A DNA stretch of 64,000 nucleotides from Selaginella moellendorffii (GCF_000143415.4 NW_003314446.1:1-64000), one strand, 5' to 3'. Positions 37,677 to 51,104 are shown, counted from the stretch's first letter. A program made the numbers and translations. Notes: a model not told the origin generated them from the letters alone.

Positions 37677-38991
37677 GTCGACGACATGATCCTGAGCATC
37701 CTGATCGTGTCGTTCCTGAGATCCTGAGATCCTGATCGTGTCGTTCGACTTACATGAAGAAAGGCACAAGGGTCACCCGTCTTAGAAAAGTGCAACGGCC
37801 ACTTTTCTACACCAACTCCAGACTCTATCCAACTCAATTGCTTTGGCTTCAAAGGTCAGCATCCCTTTCGGGCCGCATCATACAAACTACTTACTAAGGT
37901 CTAAACCAACCGAAGTTAACTCCAACCCCTTCACTAGTTTGTACTGGCTTACAAAATGGAAAGGTTTTCGGACAAAGTGATAAATAGATCAGCCATTGGA
38001 AAAGCCCAAGAAAATTTGTGGAAAATTTTCCATCCTAGAGAAAGAATGACTCTTAGGTCGCAGGAGGTCAGTATTGCTGGACACTTTATCAGTCCCTCTT
38101 GTGCTAGTAGAGTTAACTAGGCATTTCGAGTGTACTTAGACCAGACGAGCATAAGGACGGAATTCCTAAGTGTTATTAGCTAAGCATACTTAGCCCGGTA
38201 AGGAGTTCCCGTCTCGTTTTGTCTTGCACTTGCTAGTGACAAGAACCCTCACGTATTGAGATTAGTCCCTCAATATCGCTACATGATAGCTTACCGTGTC
38301 TGCCAAACACCCTCGCTATCATGCCCTTTGTGTTAGTCTTATTTCGGTCCCAAATGCTAATTATGGAAAGTGTCCAGATTTGCTCATTTGGCATATCTAC
38401 AGAATGTAGAGATTGTCCTGAACACAATGGTGTTCGTCCCGTGTCCAAATTCGCAATCTAGCGCCATTCCATATTTAGTAAGTTTCGAACTTGACCCAGA
38501 GACTAACTCCTGATACTAAGGGAGGCTTGGGGTGAAAGCCCAAAGCGTGTGTTCCTCAAGGGGGGGGGCTATGGGGGGTTCAAATGTATAGTATGGATAG
38601 TGGGTATGTCAGGCATGGCCGACCAACCTGAGGCATAGTCTAGCTCCCGCTTGCGTGCCTGGCCTTGTTCTACATCCGGCTTGGGTCTAAGCCCAAGCTC
38701 CACACCATGCTAGCTGGTGGAGTACCCATGTCCTCGCATTAGGCCACCGGTATGCCGAAATAGCGCCAGACTTCGTTTGGCTCCGTTTTGCGTGCTGGTC
38801 CTAGCATTGGGATGCTGGTTACGCTAGGATTGTTCCAAGTCGCTCCGGGCCCCTGTCCCTTCGCTCCTTGGGCTTTATGCTCGGGAGTTGCTCCGTGGTT
38901 CAGTTCCATCACTCCTTGGCTCTATGCTTGGGAGTTTGGCACCTTTCCTTCGTTCAGTGGCCCAAGGCCCTGAACCTCGGGTTCCTATGGA

Positions 38992-39055
38992 CACGTGGCA
39001 TGGACACATGGCATGTGGACACGTGGCATGTGACACGTGGCATCTGTCACGTGGC
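38992..39055 (+). promoter_or_regulatory. Cluster of G-box/ABRE motifs (CACGTGGC x4) in the Copia-type LTR
   Basis: Perfect copies at 38992, 39020, 39034 and 39048; also present at ~46667-46731 and inverted at ~37225-37290. Function not shown. Confidence 0.6.
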
Positions 39056-42000
39056 ACAAAGAGGGTTTAGGTTCCGCTTTGTGGTGTTATCCTATGGTAA
39101 ATCACCATAGGATAAAGGGTAAAAACCATGTGCGCTACATTTGGTATCAGAGGATGAGTCTCAGCGAGTACTATACAATGAGATTGGGCAACTAGTCTCG
39201 TTGCATACGCAGAGATGAAAACGATGATCCGAGTGGGTACACGTTTGGGTGCAAAGGCTTTGCAATCGTTCCTTGGGATGGATTTGAGATGCTCCGTTAG
39301 CACAAGTTTACGCTTGGGCTCGTGTGTGAGGCACATTAGCAACTCGAGGTTACACTTTGAGTTGGCGGGATTAATGTTAGCCTATCGGTGGTTCCATGAG
39401 TTGTTCCTTGTACCGTGGGTAAAAGTAAACTTTCCCTGGGTTTGCTATGAGTGGCAAATAGGCTGGTCCGTAGTTGTTTAGCACGGCACTAGTGGATCCT
39501 TCCTAGGCATGATTACAAGTGGATCAATTAAGACTGTAGGGATAAGTCTATTGGTTCAAGTAATCATTGCCATGCTCTCTCATAAACTTTTCTTGGATTG
39601 AACTGAAGGTAGTGCAAATGCAAGCTTGAGGTTTGGTCAAAGATGAGACCGAAAATAGAGTCATCGGGGACGGAGGATCAAATACGTAAATCATTTTCTC
39701 TTCTCAGAAAGATGATTTGCAACGAGGTGTGACTCATTGCTCATGTTCACATTATGCAATCAAGAATCCCTACCTTGATGCATTTGGAAGTGATGGTCTT
39801 ACAAATAGTGAGTTGTGGGATGGATAGCAGTGAAGCGCTAAACCATTTTAGTGATGTTGAGTTAGTGATGTTGAGTGTTGTAAATCTTTATCGGTGGAGT
39901 GTGGCATTTATGTTGCATTTTGTCGAATTGAGTTGACACTTGATACTCACATAAACCTTTGAAGTAATGACATGGGTGTTGCTCATGGTGTTGCTCAATT
40001 GATGATCAAGTCATTGTGATACTTATATCATATCCATGTGATAATAAGCAATGTGTTTACGAAGTTGCTTGGTTAAACAATGATCAACCCCAAAGTGGTT
40101 GATGGTGATGCTAGTCTACTTACATGTAGTAACATTGAAGTAGCTTTGACTGGATTCTCAATGGTGGTCCATTATGCTAAACTTAAGTTGGTTCCTTGTT
40201 CCTTGTTTCCTTGAGGGTTTGCTCATAAGGTGTTAGAAAGGGTTATAGCATTCATTTGCTATAACTTATCGAATGATCCATTGACACTTGGAGTAGATTG
40301 TTGGATGGAGACAATGTGTAGTTGAAGCATTGACATCGTTAGCACTTGTGTTAGTGGAAGTGGCATTGTTATTTCGAGTGATGAGGAATTTTCCTTAAAT
40401 CTTGATTTTCCATGTCATTTTTCTTGTTCATGTATTTAGCTTCACATTGGATCTTGAAGGTGGTTGAAGAAGAGTGTTAGTGCAATGTGGATATCTGGAG
40501 ATGGTCTTCGTGATCAAGCCTTGGATGTTCACTTTGCATTTGCGGATGTCGGTGTTAGATGTCAAAAGTATGGGCAAAAAGAGATGTTCGATGCTTAAGC
40601 ATACTATGGGTCATGAGAATTTGTGTTGAGGTGAACCTATGTGAAGTTGTTAGTAGGAGGAAGTTAGTTGAGTCTTGGAAGTTTGTATTTCTAGACTAAG
40701 AGTCATTCTTTCTCTAGGATGGAAATTTTCCACAAATTTTCTTAGGCTTTTCCAATGGCTAATCTGCTGATCACTTTGCTCGAAAACCATTCCATTTTCG
40801 TAAGCTAGTACAAATTAATGAAGGGGTTAGAGTTAACTTCGGTTAGCTTAAACCTTAGTAAGTAGTTTGTATGATGCGGCCTGAAAGGGATGTTGACTTT
40901 TTAAGCTAAAACAATTGAGTTGGATAGAGTCTGAAGTTGGTGTAGAAAAGTGGCCGTTGCACTTTTCTAAGAAAGGTGACCCTTGTGCCTTTCTTCTGTA
41001 GCGTTGTGCTTGGTGGTAGGTTGCACCTTGCATTTCGTTATACTCTATGAGAGTAATGAGCTTTCACTGATCTTGACTTAGTCTTGGTAGCCCTGTGCCT
41101 TGGCTAAGAATGGTGATGTCCAACTTAGTTGTTTAAGGTTGAGATGTTGGTACCCGTACTATAGCTTTGTCTAAGTGGAGGTTGTGTGCCAACATGAGTC
41201 CATCTCATGGTCTTCACTTTAGTTTTGATTGAGTGTTAATCATGCATAGCTATCCTCTTCAAGACATGCTCAGAGCTAGTGGCTAAATGCATTAGGTGAG
41301 CTTGTCGCGGTTGAGTTGGATTCGAGTGGTCATTTAATTTATGCTTATCCATGAACCTTATCTCATATCTGGGGTATCATGTTCATGTTAGACAAGCATA
41401 TGATTGATGATATAAGTTTGGTGTTTGGGTCTTGTGAAGACAAGTTGAAGAGTGACTGATGGTTGCTTTGCAACTAGTGATTACTTGTAGACTTCGTCAA
41501 GGACTTTTGACACTTGCTTCACTCGATGAACATTTAGCAGTGGTGGGCTTGCTCTACTGGATGATGTTGCGGAGGATCGTGTCGTTAGACTTACATGGGT
41601 TTTCCATGTTGACATATCGACTCTACCTCTATCGATATCATTTGGTTGCGTTTAGTTCGTGGTGTTAGATTTCATTGAGTCTTGGACGTGGTGATTCACT
41701 CCTTGAGGAAGTGTTATCTGTAACTGAGTTTTGCTGAAGGATTAGTCTCGGATATTGACTAAAGTATCTTTGACTTTGGTTAGCTTAGTTGCTAGAGAGT
41801 TTGGGTGGTGATTCACTCTGGCTTTCTTCTAGCTTTTTTTGGTGCTGATGGCATTGAAGTGATGCCTTGTCGTTGATATTGTTGTTGTTGAGATTCAAGT
41901 GAGATGAGATGACTATCTTTAGGATTGACATTGAGTTTCATTAGTCTTGATAAAGATAGTGTTGATGATGTGACTGTAGCTTTATGTTATTAGCATTCGT

Positions 42001-42100
42001 GCATTTGCTAGTTAGCAATTGTATTGACGTTCAAATAAACTAAATTACAAGTTTGAGTTAGTTGTGTTCTAGACAGGATTATTTAGTAGGGGTTAAGCTT

Positions 42101-45100
42101 CGGCTTTTCCTTGAAAAGTGGTTTAGTCATGGACTATGCTAACTCTACAAGTGGAAGAGTTAGTGATTGATATAGGAATATTTGAATCCTTATGGGATTT
42201 TAGTTGAAATATATCGATCATTGATGATTCTTCTTGTGCTTGTTATGAAATGAGTTACGTCTTGCTATAGATGGATTCATGGAGGATCGTTTGGTGATCA
42301 CTTATTGAGCATAGCTTCGTTATGCTTAGCTTTTGGATTGATGCAGATATGCTCTTCATTAGCTTTGGCATTATGAAGTCTAGCTTATGGATGTGTTGAG
42401 GAAGATATTGTGGGTTGCACCATGATTTCTTCTTTGGCATTGAAGTTAGTTTATGCGAAACTCGTGATCATTGCTAGGCAAAAATACTTAGCTATAGGCT
42501 TCTTCGAGCTTTTGGTTCCATGAGTTTTCATGCTTATGGTCCATTTGTTAGGAGTTGTTGGGGAAGGCATTTTGGCTTGTTAGCTTCGATATTAAAGTTA
42601 GTATTTGCATCTAGCAATCATTGGGGAAGATTGACTATTATCTAAAATAGTCGATTATCCTTATCAAAATTTTTGCTCGATTATTGTTGATAGATTGTTT
42701 CTTCGATGATGATTATGCATATCTCTTTTGATGGGATGATCGATGATCTTTCATGGTGGTTAGTTGTTATCTTTGATGGCTTTTGGCTTTTTAGCAATAC
42801 CACATATTCTTTGTGGCTTGCTCTGGATTGGTCTTTTGGGTTTGAGATATCAGTAGGATGTTGCTGACACTTGCTTAGGCAACTTGAGTTCCTTGGTATT
42901 ATTGGCTGGGATCTATTCAAATTGGCTTTTGTGATAGTTAGTAGGAATGAGTGTTTGTTGGTCTTACCGTATTCATTCTCTTCTGTTGATTGTTGCTCGA
43001 GTTAGTTTTGATAAGATTTGGATGTTATTTCCTTTGGGTGATACATTCACGAGCATTTTGCTTGTCAGTCAATCATACTTTGTGTTCTTTGAGTTATCTT
43101 TTGTAAGTTGTTTGGCATTTTGTCTGCAATCTTTAATAGTTAAACTTTATCATTGAGTTTACTTAATGATACACTTGCTATTGAATTTTGTTGGATGGCG
43201 ATTCCTATGTTTACCACTTATAATGATCTTGGTGGTTCCTATACTCTACTACTGGTTTATTGGATGATAACTTAATTGGAATACTTTTGTGTTCTAATAT
43301 AAGCTTTATTCACTGATAATTAAGACTCTAAGTTATCATTGTCTCTGACTTTGATATTGTCCATCTCTTGATCTTTGAGTTTGAGCCAATATAGACAGAC
43401 TGGCTTCGGCACTTCGTGTGCATATTGAAATCTCTAGTCATGGGGTAGCTACTGTCGATTGGTCACATAACCCACCTCTTTGTCGATGTTCCTTATTCCG
43501 TTGAAAAGATTGCATAAAGACCATTCCCTTCGTTCGTATCCGCATCCTTCGTGCCTTCCTGGAAGTGGAGAAATTAATTTGCTCTACTTAGTGCATTGTA
43601 GTTGCTTCTTCTTAGCGAGTGCAAAGCATTTTTTTTTTTCCAGAGACTTGTAGCTTGTGAGANNNNNNNNNNNNNNNNNNNNNNNNNNNNNNNNNNNNNN
43701 NNNNNNNNNNNNNNNNNNNNNNNNNNNNNNNNNNNNNNNNNNNNNNNNNNNNNNNNNNNNNNNNNNNNNNNNNNNNNNNNNNNNNNNNNNNNNNNNNNNN
43801 NNNNNNNNNNNNNNNNNNNNNNNNNNNNNNNNNNNNNNNCGGCTTTTCCTTGAAAAGTGGTTTAGTCATGGACTATGCTAACTCTACAAGTGGAAGAGTT
43901 AGTGATTGATATAGGAATATTTGAATCCTTATGGGATTTTAGTTGAAATATATCGATCATTGATGATTCTTCTTGTGCTTGTTATGAAATGAGTTACGTC
44001 TTGCTATAGATGGATTCATGGAGGATCGTTTGGTGATCACTTATTGAGCATAGCTTCGTTATGCTTAGCTTTTGGATTGATGCAGATATGCTCTTCATTA
44101 GCTTTGGCATTATGAAGTCTAGCTTATGGATGTGTTGAGGAAGATATTGTGGGTTGCACCATGATTTCTTCTTTGGCATTGAAGTTAGTTTATGCGAAAC
44201 TCGTGATCATTGCTAGGCAAAAATACTTAGCTATAGGCTTCTTCGAGCTTTTGGTTCCATGAGTTTTCATGCTTATGGTCCATTTGTTAGGAGTTGTTGG
44301 GGAAGGCATTTTGGCTTGTTAGCTTCGATATTAAAGTTAGTATTTGCATCTAGCAATCATTGGGGAAGATTGACTATTATCTAAAATAGTCGATTATCCT
44401 TATCAAAATTTTTGCTCGATTATTGTTGATAGATTGTTTCTTCGATGATGATTATGCATATCTCTTTTGATGGGATGATCGATGATCTTTCATGGTGGTT
44501 AGTTGTTATCTTTGATGGCTTTTGGCTTTTTAGCAATACCACATATTCTTTGTGGCTTGCTCTGGATTGGTCTTTTGGGTTTGAGATATCAGTAGGATGT
44601 TGCTGACACTTGCTTAGGCAACTTGAGTTCCTTGGTATTATTGGCTGGGATCTATTCAAATTGGCTTTTGTGATAGTTAGTAGGAATGAGTGTTTGTTGG
44701 TCTTACCGTATTCATTCTCTTCTGTTGATTGTTGCTCGAGTTAGTTTTGATAAGATTTGGATGTTATTTCCTTTGGGTGATACATTCACGAGCATTTTGC
44801 TTGTCAGTCAATCATACTTTGTGTTCTTTGAGTTATCTTTTGTAAGTTGTTTGGCATTTTGTCTGCAATCTTTAATAGTTAAACTTTATCATTGAGTTTA
44901 CTTAATGATACACTTGCTATTGAATTTTGTTGGATGGCGATTCCTATGTTTACCACTTATAATGATCTTGGTGGTTCCTATACTCTACTACTGGTTTATT
45001 GGATGATAACTTAATTGGAATACTTTTGTGTTCTAATATAAGCTTTATTCACTGATAATTAAGACTCTAAGTTATCATTGTCTCTGACTTTGATATTGTC

Positions 45101-45245
45101 CATCTCTTGATCTTTGAGTTTGAGCCAATATAGACAGACTGGCTTCGGCACTTCGTGTGCATATTGAAATCTCTAGTCATGGGGTAGCTACTGTCGATTG
45201 GTCACATAACCCACCTCTTTGTCGATGTTCCTTATTCCGTTGAAA
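42101..45245. repeat. 1.4-kb apparently exact direct duplication (42101-43506 and 43840-45245) around a gap
   Basis: Identical ORF translations (42255/43994, 42681/44420, 42947/44686); the second copy starts exactly at the gap edge. Confidence 0.9.
43663..43839. other. Assembly gap (177 N)
   Basis: Run of N. Confidence 1.
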
Positions 45246-47841
45246 GGGCATGACCATGTAAACAACTCTAACTGCCTATTTACAGTAGTCTATCTAAACC
45301 TTACCGACGGGTTTGGTTTCTTTGCTCAGGAGGGTTGGGGCCCTTGGCTCCTCTCTCTATGTCTCTGCGGGCAGGGCATATCACACTTTTGTAAGTTGGA
45401 TGACAACCAGAGCAGCAAGGGTGGTTGACTCCGTTGGTCATTTCCTTGTCGGCGACGGCCGGAAGGTGTCTGAGCTGGTAGCGCATCTGCGTTAGACAAA
45501 GAGGTTGCCCCCTAACTCATTTAAGTTAGTGCATTTCTCACATAGTGTTAGTACCGTGAACTTTTTTTGGAGTTGTTTCCTTGGCGGTATTCTAGACTCG
45601 AGTATGCATCGACGAGGACGTCGATCTTCCCTAGGGGGGGAGAGTGTCGCGCATGTGACTTCGGGTATTGAAAGTTACCTGTCGACCTGTCCTTACGGAC
45701 ACTCTTACCTTACTGCCACGATGGCAGGAGGTCGGTATTGCTGGACCTTTTATCAGTCCCTCTTGTGCTAGTAGAGTTAACTGGGCATTTCGAGTGTATT
45801 TAGACCAGACGAGCATAAGGACGGAATTCCTAAGTGTTATTAGCTAAGCATACTTAGCCCGGTAAGGAGTTCCCGTCTCGTTTTGTCTTGCACTTGCTAG
45901 TGACAAGAACCCTCGCGTATTGAGATTAGTCCCTCAATATCGCTACATGATAGCTTACCGTGTCTGCCAAACACCCTTGCTATCATGCCCTTTGTGTTAG
46001 TCTTATTTTGGTCCCAAATGCTAATTATGGAAAGTGTCCAGATTTGCTCATTTGGCATATCTACGGAATGTAGAGATTGTCCTGAACACAATGGTGTTCG
46101 TCCCGTGTCCAAATTCGCAATCTAGCGCCATTCTATATTTAGTAAGTTTCGAACTTGACCCAGAGACTAACTCCTGATACTAAGGGAGGCTTGGGGTGAA
46201 AGCCCAAAGTGTGTGTTCCTCAAGGGGGGGGGGGGGGGGGGGGCTATGGGGGGTTCCAAATGTATAGTAGGGATAGTGGGTAGGTCGGGCATGGCCGACC
46301 AACCTAAGGCATAGTCTAGCTCCCGCTTGCGTGTCTGTCCTTGTTCTGCGTCCGGCTTGGGTCTAAGCCCAAGTTCCATTCCATGCTAGCTGGTGGAGTA
46401 CCCATGTCCTCACGTTAGGCCACCAGTATACCGAAATAGCGCCAGACTCCGTTTGGCTCCGTTTTGCGTGCTGGTCCTGGCATTGGGATGCTGGTTGCTC
46501 CAGGACTGTTCCAAGTCACTCCGGGCTCCTGTCCCTTCGCTCCTTGGGCTTCATGCTCGGGAGTTGCTCCATGGTTCGGTTCCATCACTCCTTGGCTCCA
46601 TGCTTGGGAGTTTGGCACCTTTCCTTCGTTCAGTGGCCCAAGGCCCTGAACCTCGGGTTCCTATAGACACGTGGCATGGACACATGGCATGTGGACCCGT
46701 GGCATGTGACACGTGGCATCTGTCACGTGGCACAAAAAGGGTTTAGGTTCCGCTTCGTGGTGTTATCCTATGGTAAATCACCATAGGATAAAGGGTAAAA
46801 ACCACGTGCGCTACAGATGAGCCACGCCAAGTATCCAAAAAAGTAGTGCCACCCACACTTGGATTAGGAGTATCAACCATTTGATCTCCCAGAGGAGCTA
46901 GAGCCAGCTCTTGAATATTTCACTAAGCTACCTCATTTGTTTGTTCATATTCACTCTAGTCTTGGACTCCTTAACATGTGGATGTAGCCTTCCTAGGTCA
47001 CACTAGCCTTTCCTGGCCAAACTGGTTCCATTAGAGTCCAACCCCCACACTCCCTACTATACATTTGGAACCCTCTGCAACCCCTGCCTCTCTGAGAAAC
47101 GATCGCTTCACAAAGATTGTATTAGTATTCGAACTCAGACTCAGACTCGGTCTTGGACTCAATCTTGGTCTTGGACTTAGTCTTGATCTCAATCTTGGTC
47201 TCGGCCTCCATCTTAGACTCCATCTTGAGTCCATCTCGAACTCCATCTTAGGTCCCATCTCAAGTCCATCTTGGATTCTATCTCAGGTCTATCTTGGACC
47301 CATCTTGAATTCTTCCATGGGTCATGTGTTGGTCCTCTTGTGTCCCTTTTCTAGAGACTCACTTATTGCTCACTTCGTGCTCCTTTATTGAGCACTTCGT
47401 TAGGAGTTCCACTCTCACTCTCAACTTTTCAAATTGGAGCTTTTAATCCAAACATGTTGTGCTCATTTGGCTTCCACTTCAACCATTACCATATGGCACT
47501 CTTTCTACTCCATTTTGGGGCTTAAGGATTTGTGTCTCACATTCTTCTTGGAAAACTTTACCTTCATGATGTAGAATCATTGAAATGCAAAAGAAGCTTC
47601 CCCTCTTCCTTTCCTTTTTCCATCTCTACCTTAATTCCTATTCTCTTGCCTACTCTTACCTTAGAGAGGAGAATTATTGGTCTTGTGATCCCCTTCATGC
47701 TGCATAAAGTTGTTCACCACCCAAATGTACAATTAGAGAAATAAGTTGCATATAACTTTTCACTACCTAAATGTCTAATCAGAAAAATTAGGGATCCTCT
47801 AATACCATGATGGATGGAAAAATTAAAACAAAAGACAATGT

Positions 47842-48381
47842 TGTAAGCAACTAAAAAAAATGATTTAAAAGACAATTTATATGAGTTCAAATATAAAGAG
47901 AAAGAGCCCATGAAAAATGGTGAACCCCTTTTCAATTGGTTAAATTGTCCTTGAGTTTGAGTAGGTATTGAGATAAGTGACCTCCTGGGAAGTCCAAATT
48001 CAGAAGTTATATTTAGTATCAAAGAAGTCTCAAGTTTGACTCTATTACTTAAATAAAGGAATCATACCACATGTTAAAATTGATATTTGGTAGTCTAGTT
48101 TTTTTCGATTAGGCTCGACCTAAGGGGTAAGATGTCAAGAGAGTAGGGCTCTTAGGAGAGTTACGACTTTTAACTTCTATTCACGAGGGTGTAAATTTGT
48201 AGGGAAGCGTGGTGGATTGTAAACTAATAAAGAAAATAACTCGAGATATGATCTATAAAGTTCAAATATGAAAAAAAAAAGGTCAAAGAATCTTTTTTTC
48301 AATTGATTAAGGGTTTTGGGATATTTAGGGTTAAGTGTCCTTAAGTTTAGTAATACTAGGTTAGATGACCTCCTAGACTAC
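47842..48381 (+). mobile_element. Degenerate two-LTR Cassandra-like TRIM
   Basis: LTR1 47842-~48011 with GTGACCTCCTGGGAAGTCC; degenerate PBS TAGTATCAAAG; ~200-bp interior; PPT-like GTAGGGAAGCGTGGTGGAT; LTR2 from 48218. Confidence 0.75.
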
Positions 48382-50288
48382 ATCTAATTTTACCATTGGG
48401 ATTGGAAGTTTGCATCTATTATGATTAAGAATATTAAAAAATTCTGAATAAAATAAAATAAGATTAAGACTAAATAGTTTGCCCCAGTTTTTAGGTTTGC
48501 CTTAAAAGATTATAGATTAGAATAGAAGCTGAGATCCACCCACTAAGATCCTGACACACGGTAGCGATCGGCATTGCTTGCCCACATAGCCACTATACAA
48601 CTAGAGCTATATAACCAGATCTAGACCATGGCATTTCTCCTCTTCAGTGATGCTGCAATGGTGCATTCCATTAGGTGCTCAAGTATTGTTCCATGCTACA
48701 ATGGCAGCATTGATCTTCTGCTACCGGTAGGCCTCTGATTGAAATGTTGACTGGCTTCCCTTGTTTTCAATTGAAATATCCCCTTTCCTCTTGATCTGTG
48801 GCTCTTGGCTCAAACTATAGAGTGATTTCCTTGTTTGTCCTCCTGATCTTTGCTTCCCGCTCAAAATATCAACTCACCCCTTGTTTCTTGTCCATGGCAA
48901 GCATGCCTCCATCTTTGGCTCCAAGTAAGCAATTTCTTCCTCTCTCAAAACTGAAGTTGCCATCTTTTTAATGGGGTGACACTGTGCTTTGTACTTGGCC
49001 ACTTGGATCTCATGAGGAAAAGAGTATATCACCTCAATACTCCCTCTCACTCAAACATCATGAGAGCCTACACATCTAGAACTACCATAGTTTGTTGCCT
49101 CTTGATCTATCTCATGCCTCTCAAGATCTCCCTCTCAGGCAAACTTTCTAAAGAGTCTTCCATCTATCTTGGATCAAGATTTGATCCAATCTAGAGCCAT
49201 AACAACTCTCTAAACCAGTGAACACACATAGTGCCATCCAATGCCTCTGCTCAAGCACCTCTAGCTAGTGCCTCCAGCCCGCTGTAGCATTTAAGTTGTG
49301 CACAGCCTCTAATCCAAATGTCGGAATCACCTAGATAAGCAAAGCACTAGACACCTCCACCAAACACTCAGCTTAGTGCTGCGCCCTGAGAACCTCGGCT
49401 CACCCTGAGTGCTTTACTAACCAGACGCTAGTAGCATATAGTGCCCAATAGTGCTCCACAGCACCCCTAGCGTCTCTCTGGCCATCTTCTCTATGAGCAG
49501 TGCCCAGCCTCAACACTCCACAAGCCTCACTGCTCTCTGCATTACCTCCAGATAGCACACCCAATGCCCAATACCATGCATGCATTGCCTCAGCCTACCA
49601 ACAGCATCTAGCATTTGCCGGTGTCTGGTGCTCTGCATGCCATTACTACATCATGCTTTATCATTGAAGCCACAACACAGATATTTGGTTTTGCTTCCTG
49701 AGCAATAGATTTCTAAATTTAAAAGAGGCTTTTGCAATGGTCCTAGAGCTAACTGTTCTGAAGGCCACCTTCTTACCCTGGAATCAATCTGTGATGCTCA
49801 AAGATTGGAGCCACTATAACCTGATCTGATTCGTCCATCAGCTTTGGGACAACAACACTAGTCTATTCTCGCTTACTCATCAGTTAGGGCAAGAGTTGAG
49901 ATCACTAAGCCCTATTAGAAGAAGGATTGCCATGTGGTTTACATCCTATCCAGTGTGAGGATCAGAATACAAAGAGAAAAGTTAAACATTAGTACTATTT
50001 TGAATTCAAATTTGAATGATTGGAGAGAAAGAAACTGGATAGGATGAAGAAGTTTTTTCTTGCAGCTCTCATGTTCTATTACTAGGATTATAGTTGATAT
50101 GAAATGATTTTTGAATGCCATGATATTTTTTGTGGATTGTCACTATTGAAATTATTTGTTTACCATGAGAATCAATTTCTTGTACAAGAACCTTATACTT
50201 CTATTGATAATCATCCAGCATGCTGTTTAATAGAAAACAAAACAATTATATTTCTAACAGCTTATTGATTTATAAAACATTTTTCTGA

Positions 50289-50772
50289 CTAAAGATTGCA
50301 TTTATCTCCAATATATGATAAATTATCTTTTTCAATCCAAGTTCCTATGTCAAAATGTGTTGCAAAATCAATTGATGAACTTGATACATCAACCCAATCA
50401 ATATACCATCCAGCATGGGCTCCAGAATTATCATGTGATATAATTATTTTGCAGATTTTATCATATTCTGAAAGACATAGACCTTTTATATGAAATACAT
50501 CTGTATTACAACGTTCAAAGTCATCATGATTTTTATTGTCTAAATTACTATAACGAACAACCACTCCAGACAATGAAAACAATATAATCTCCACATTTGC
50601 ATCAGTACCTGCTAAGTAAACACACCCAGTTTTAATTGTAATGGTATAATCACACTAAGAACAACAAAAAAGTTGATTTTTTTAGTAAAATTTAATATAA
50701 ACTTACCAGCTCTTGATAAGATTTTTCAAAATAAGAAAATAAATATAAAACTAGAAATATTATTATCTTCAT
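50289..50772 (-). CDS. Secreted single PLAT/LH2-domain protein (143 aa; exons 50772-50707 and 50654-50289)
   Basis: Exon 1 MKIIIFLVLYLFSYFEKSYQEL (signal-peptide-like); 52-nt GTAAGT...TTAG intron; exon 2 CDYTITIKTG..AGTDANV..DDFERCNTDVF..SHDNSGAHAGWYIDWVDV..FDIGTWI, the plant PLAT family signature. Confidence 0.9.
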
Positions 50773-51098
50773 TATAAATACTTCTAAATAAAGCACTCTT
50801 AATTAATATTTTTTCTTACTTAGGTTTTATAGCTAACACTTCTAAAAGTTATTACATTGTATTTTTCACTATGACTTTGTTTTATTCATCATAAATATCA
50901 AGTAATACATTTTTTACTATATAAACTTTTAAAAAAAATTAGTAATAAAAAATTAAAAAGTTTAATTTTTAGGAAAGAATTGTCTAGACGACAGTAAGTT
51001 ATATATAAAAATTCTTATAACTTTGAAATACTTTAATTCATATTTATATATTTTAAATTTTATAATACTATTATGAAAACTATATATACATGTACATG

Positions 51099-51104
<6 letters not shown>

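Larger units (their letters stand above)
33374..42892. repeat. Large inverted repeat: 33374-37576 versus ~38697-42892 (~4.2-kb arms)
   Basis: Identical or near-identical ORF translations on opposite strands (36799-37065 vs 39215-39481; 36344-36526 vs 39754-39936; 33847-34032 vs 42255-42440); inverted PBS and LTR end at ~37128-37141. Confidence 0.9.
32553..46815 (+). mobile_element. Rearranged non-autonomous Copia-derived LTR element complex
   Basis: 3' LTR 45645-46815 (TG...CA) after PPT AGGGGGGGAGAG; 5' LTR ends at 39139 followed by PBS TGGTATCAGAG; eroded Copia-like motifs (FFGIEV ~42428-42447; MDSSEALNH); first LTR bases displaced to 32553; imperfect flanks GATAG/GATGA. Confidence 0.78.
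16248..47541 (-). mobile_element. Older copy of a non-autonomous (LARD-like) Gypsy derivative, acting as host of nested insertions
   Basis: Partial 3' LTR 16248-16822 plus PPT; internal region 16823-22440 and 30187-31877 colinear with 24220-28361; degenerate PBS before 31878; 5' LTR split into 31878-~32550 and 46816-47541 (ends TGTGTCTCACA). Confidence 0.85.

Noticed and set aside
42101-45245. Exact 1.4-kb tandem duplication as a biological event
   Set aside because: Apparently identical copies abut an N gap; most likely an assembly overlap or haplotype artefact.
46170-46205. CTGA...GAAA near the shared LTR module, suggesting a hammerhead ribozyme (retrozyme)
   Set aside because: The core reads CTGATAC rather than CTGANGA, and the required stems could not be drawn.
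48530-49930. GC-richer block that may be a decayed gag or gene relic
   Set aside because: No recognisable motif in any frame.
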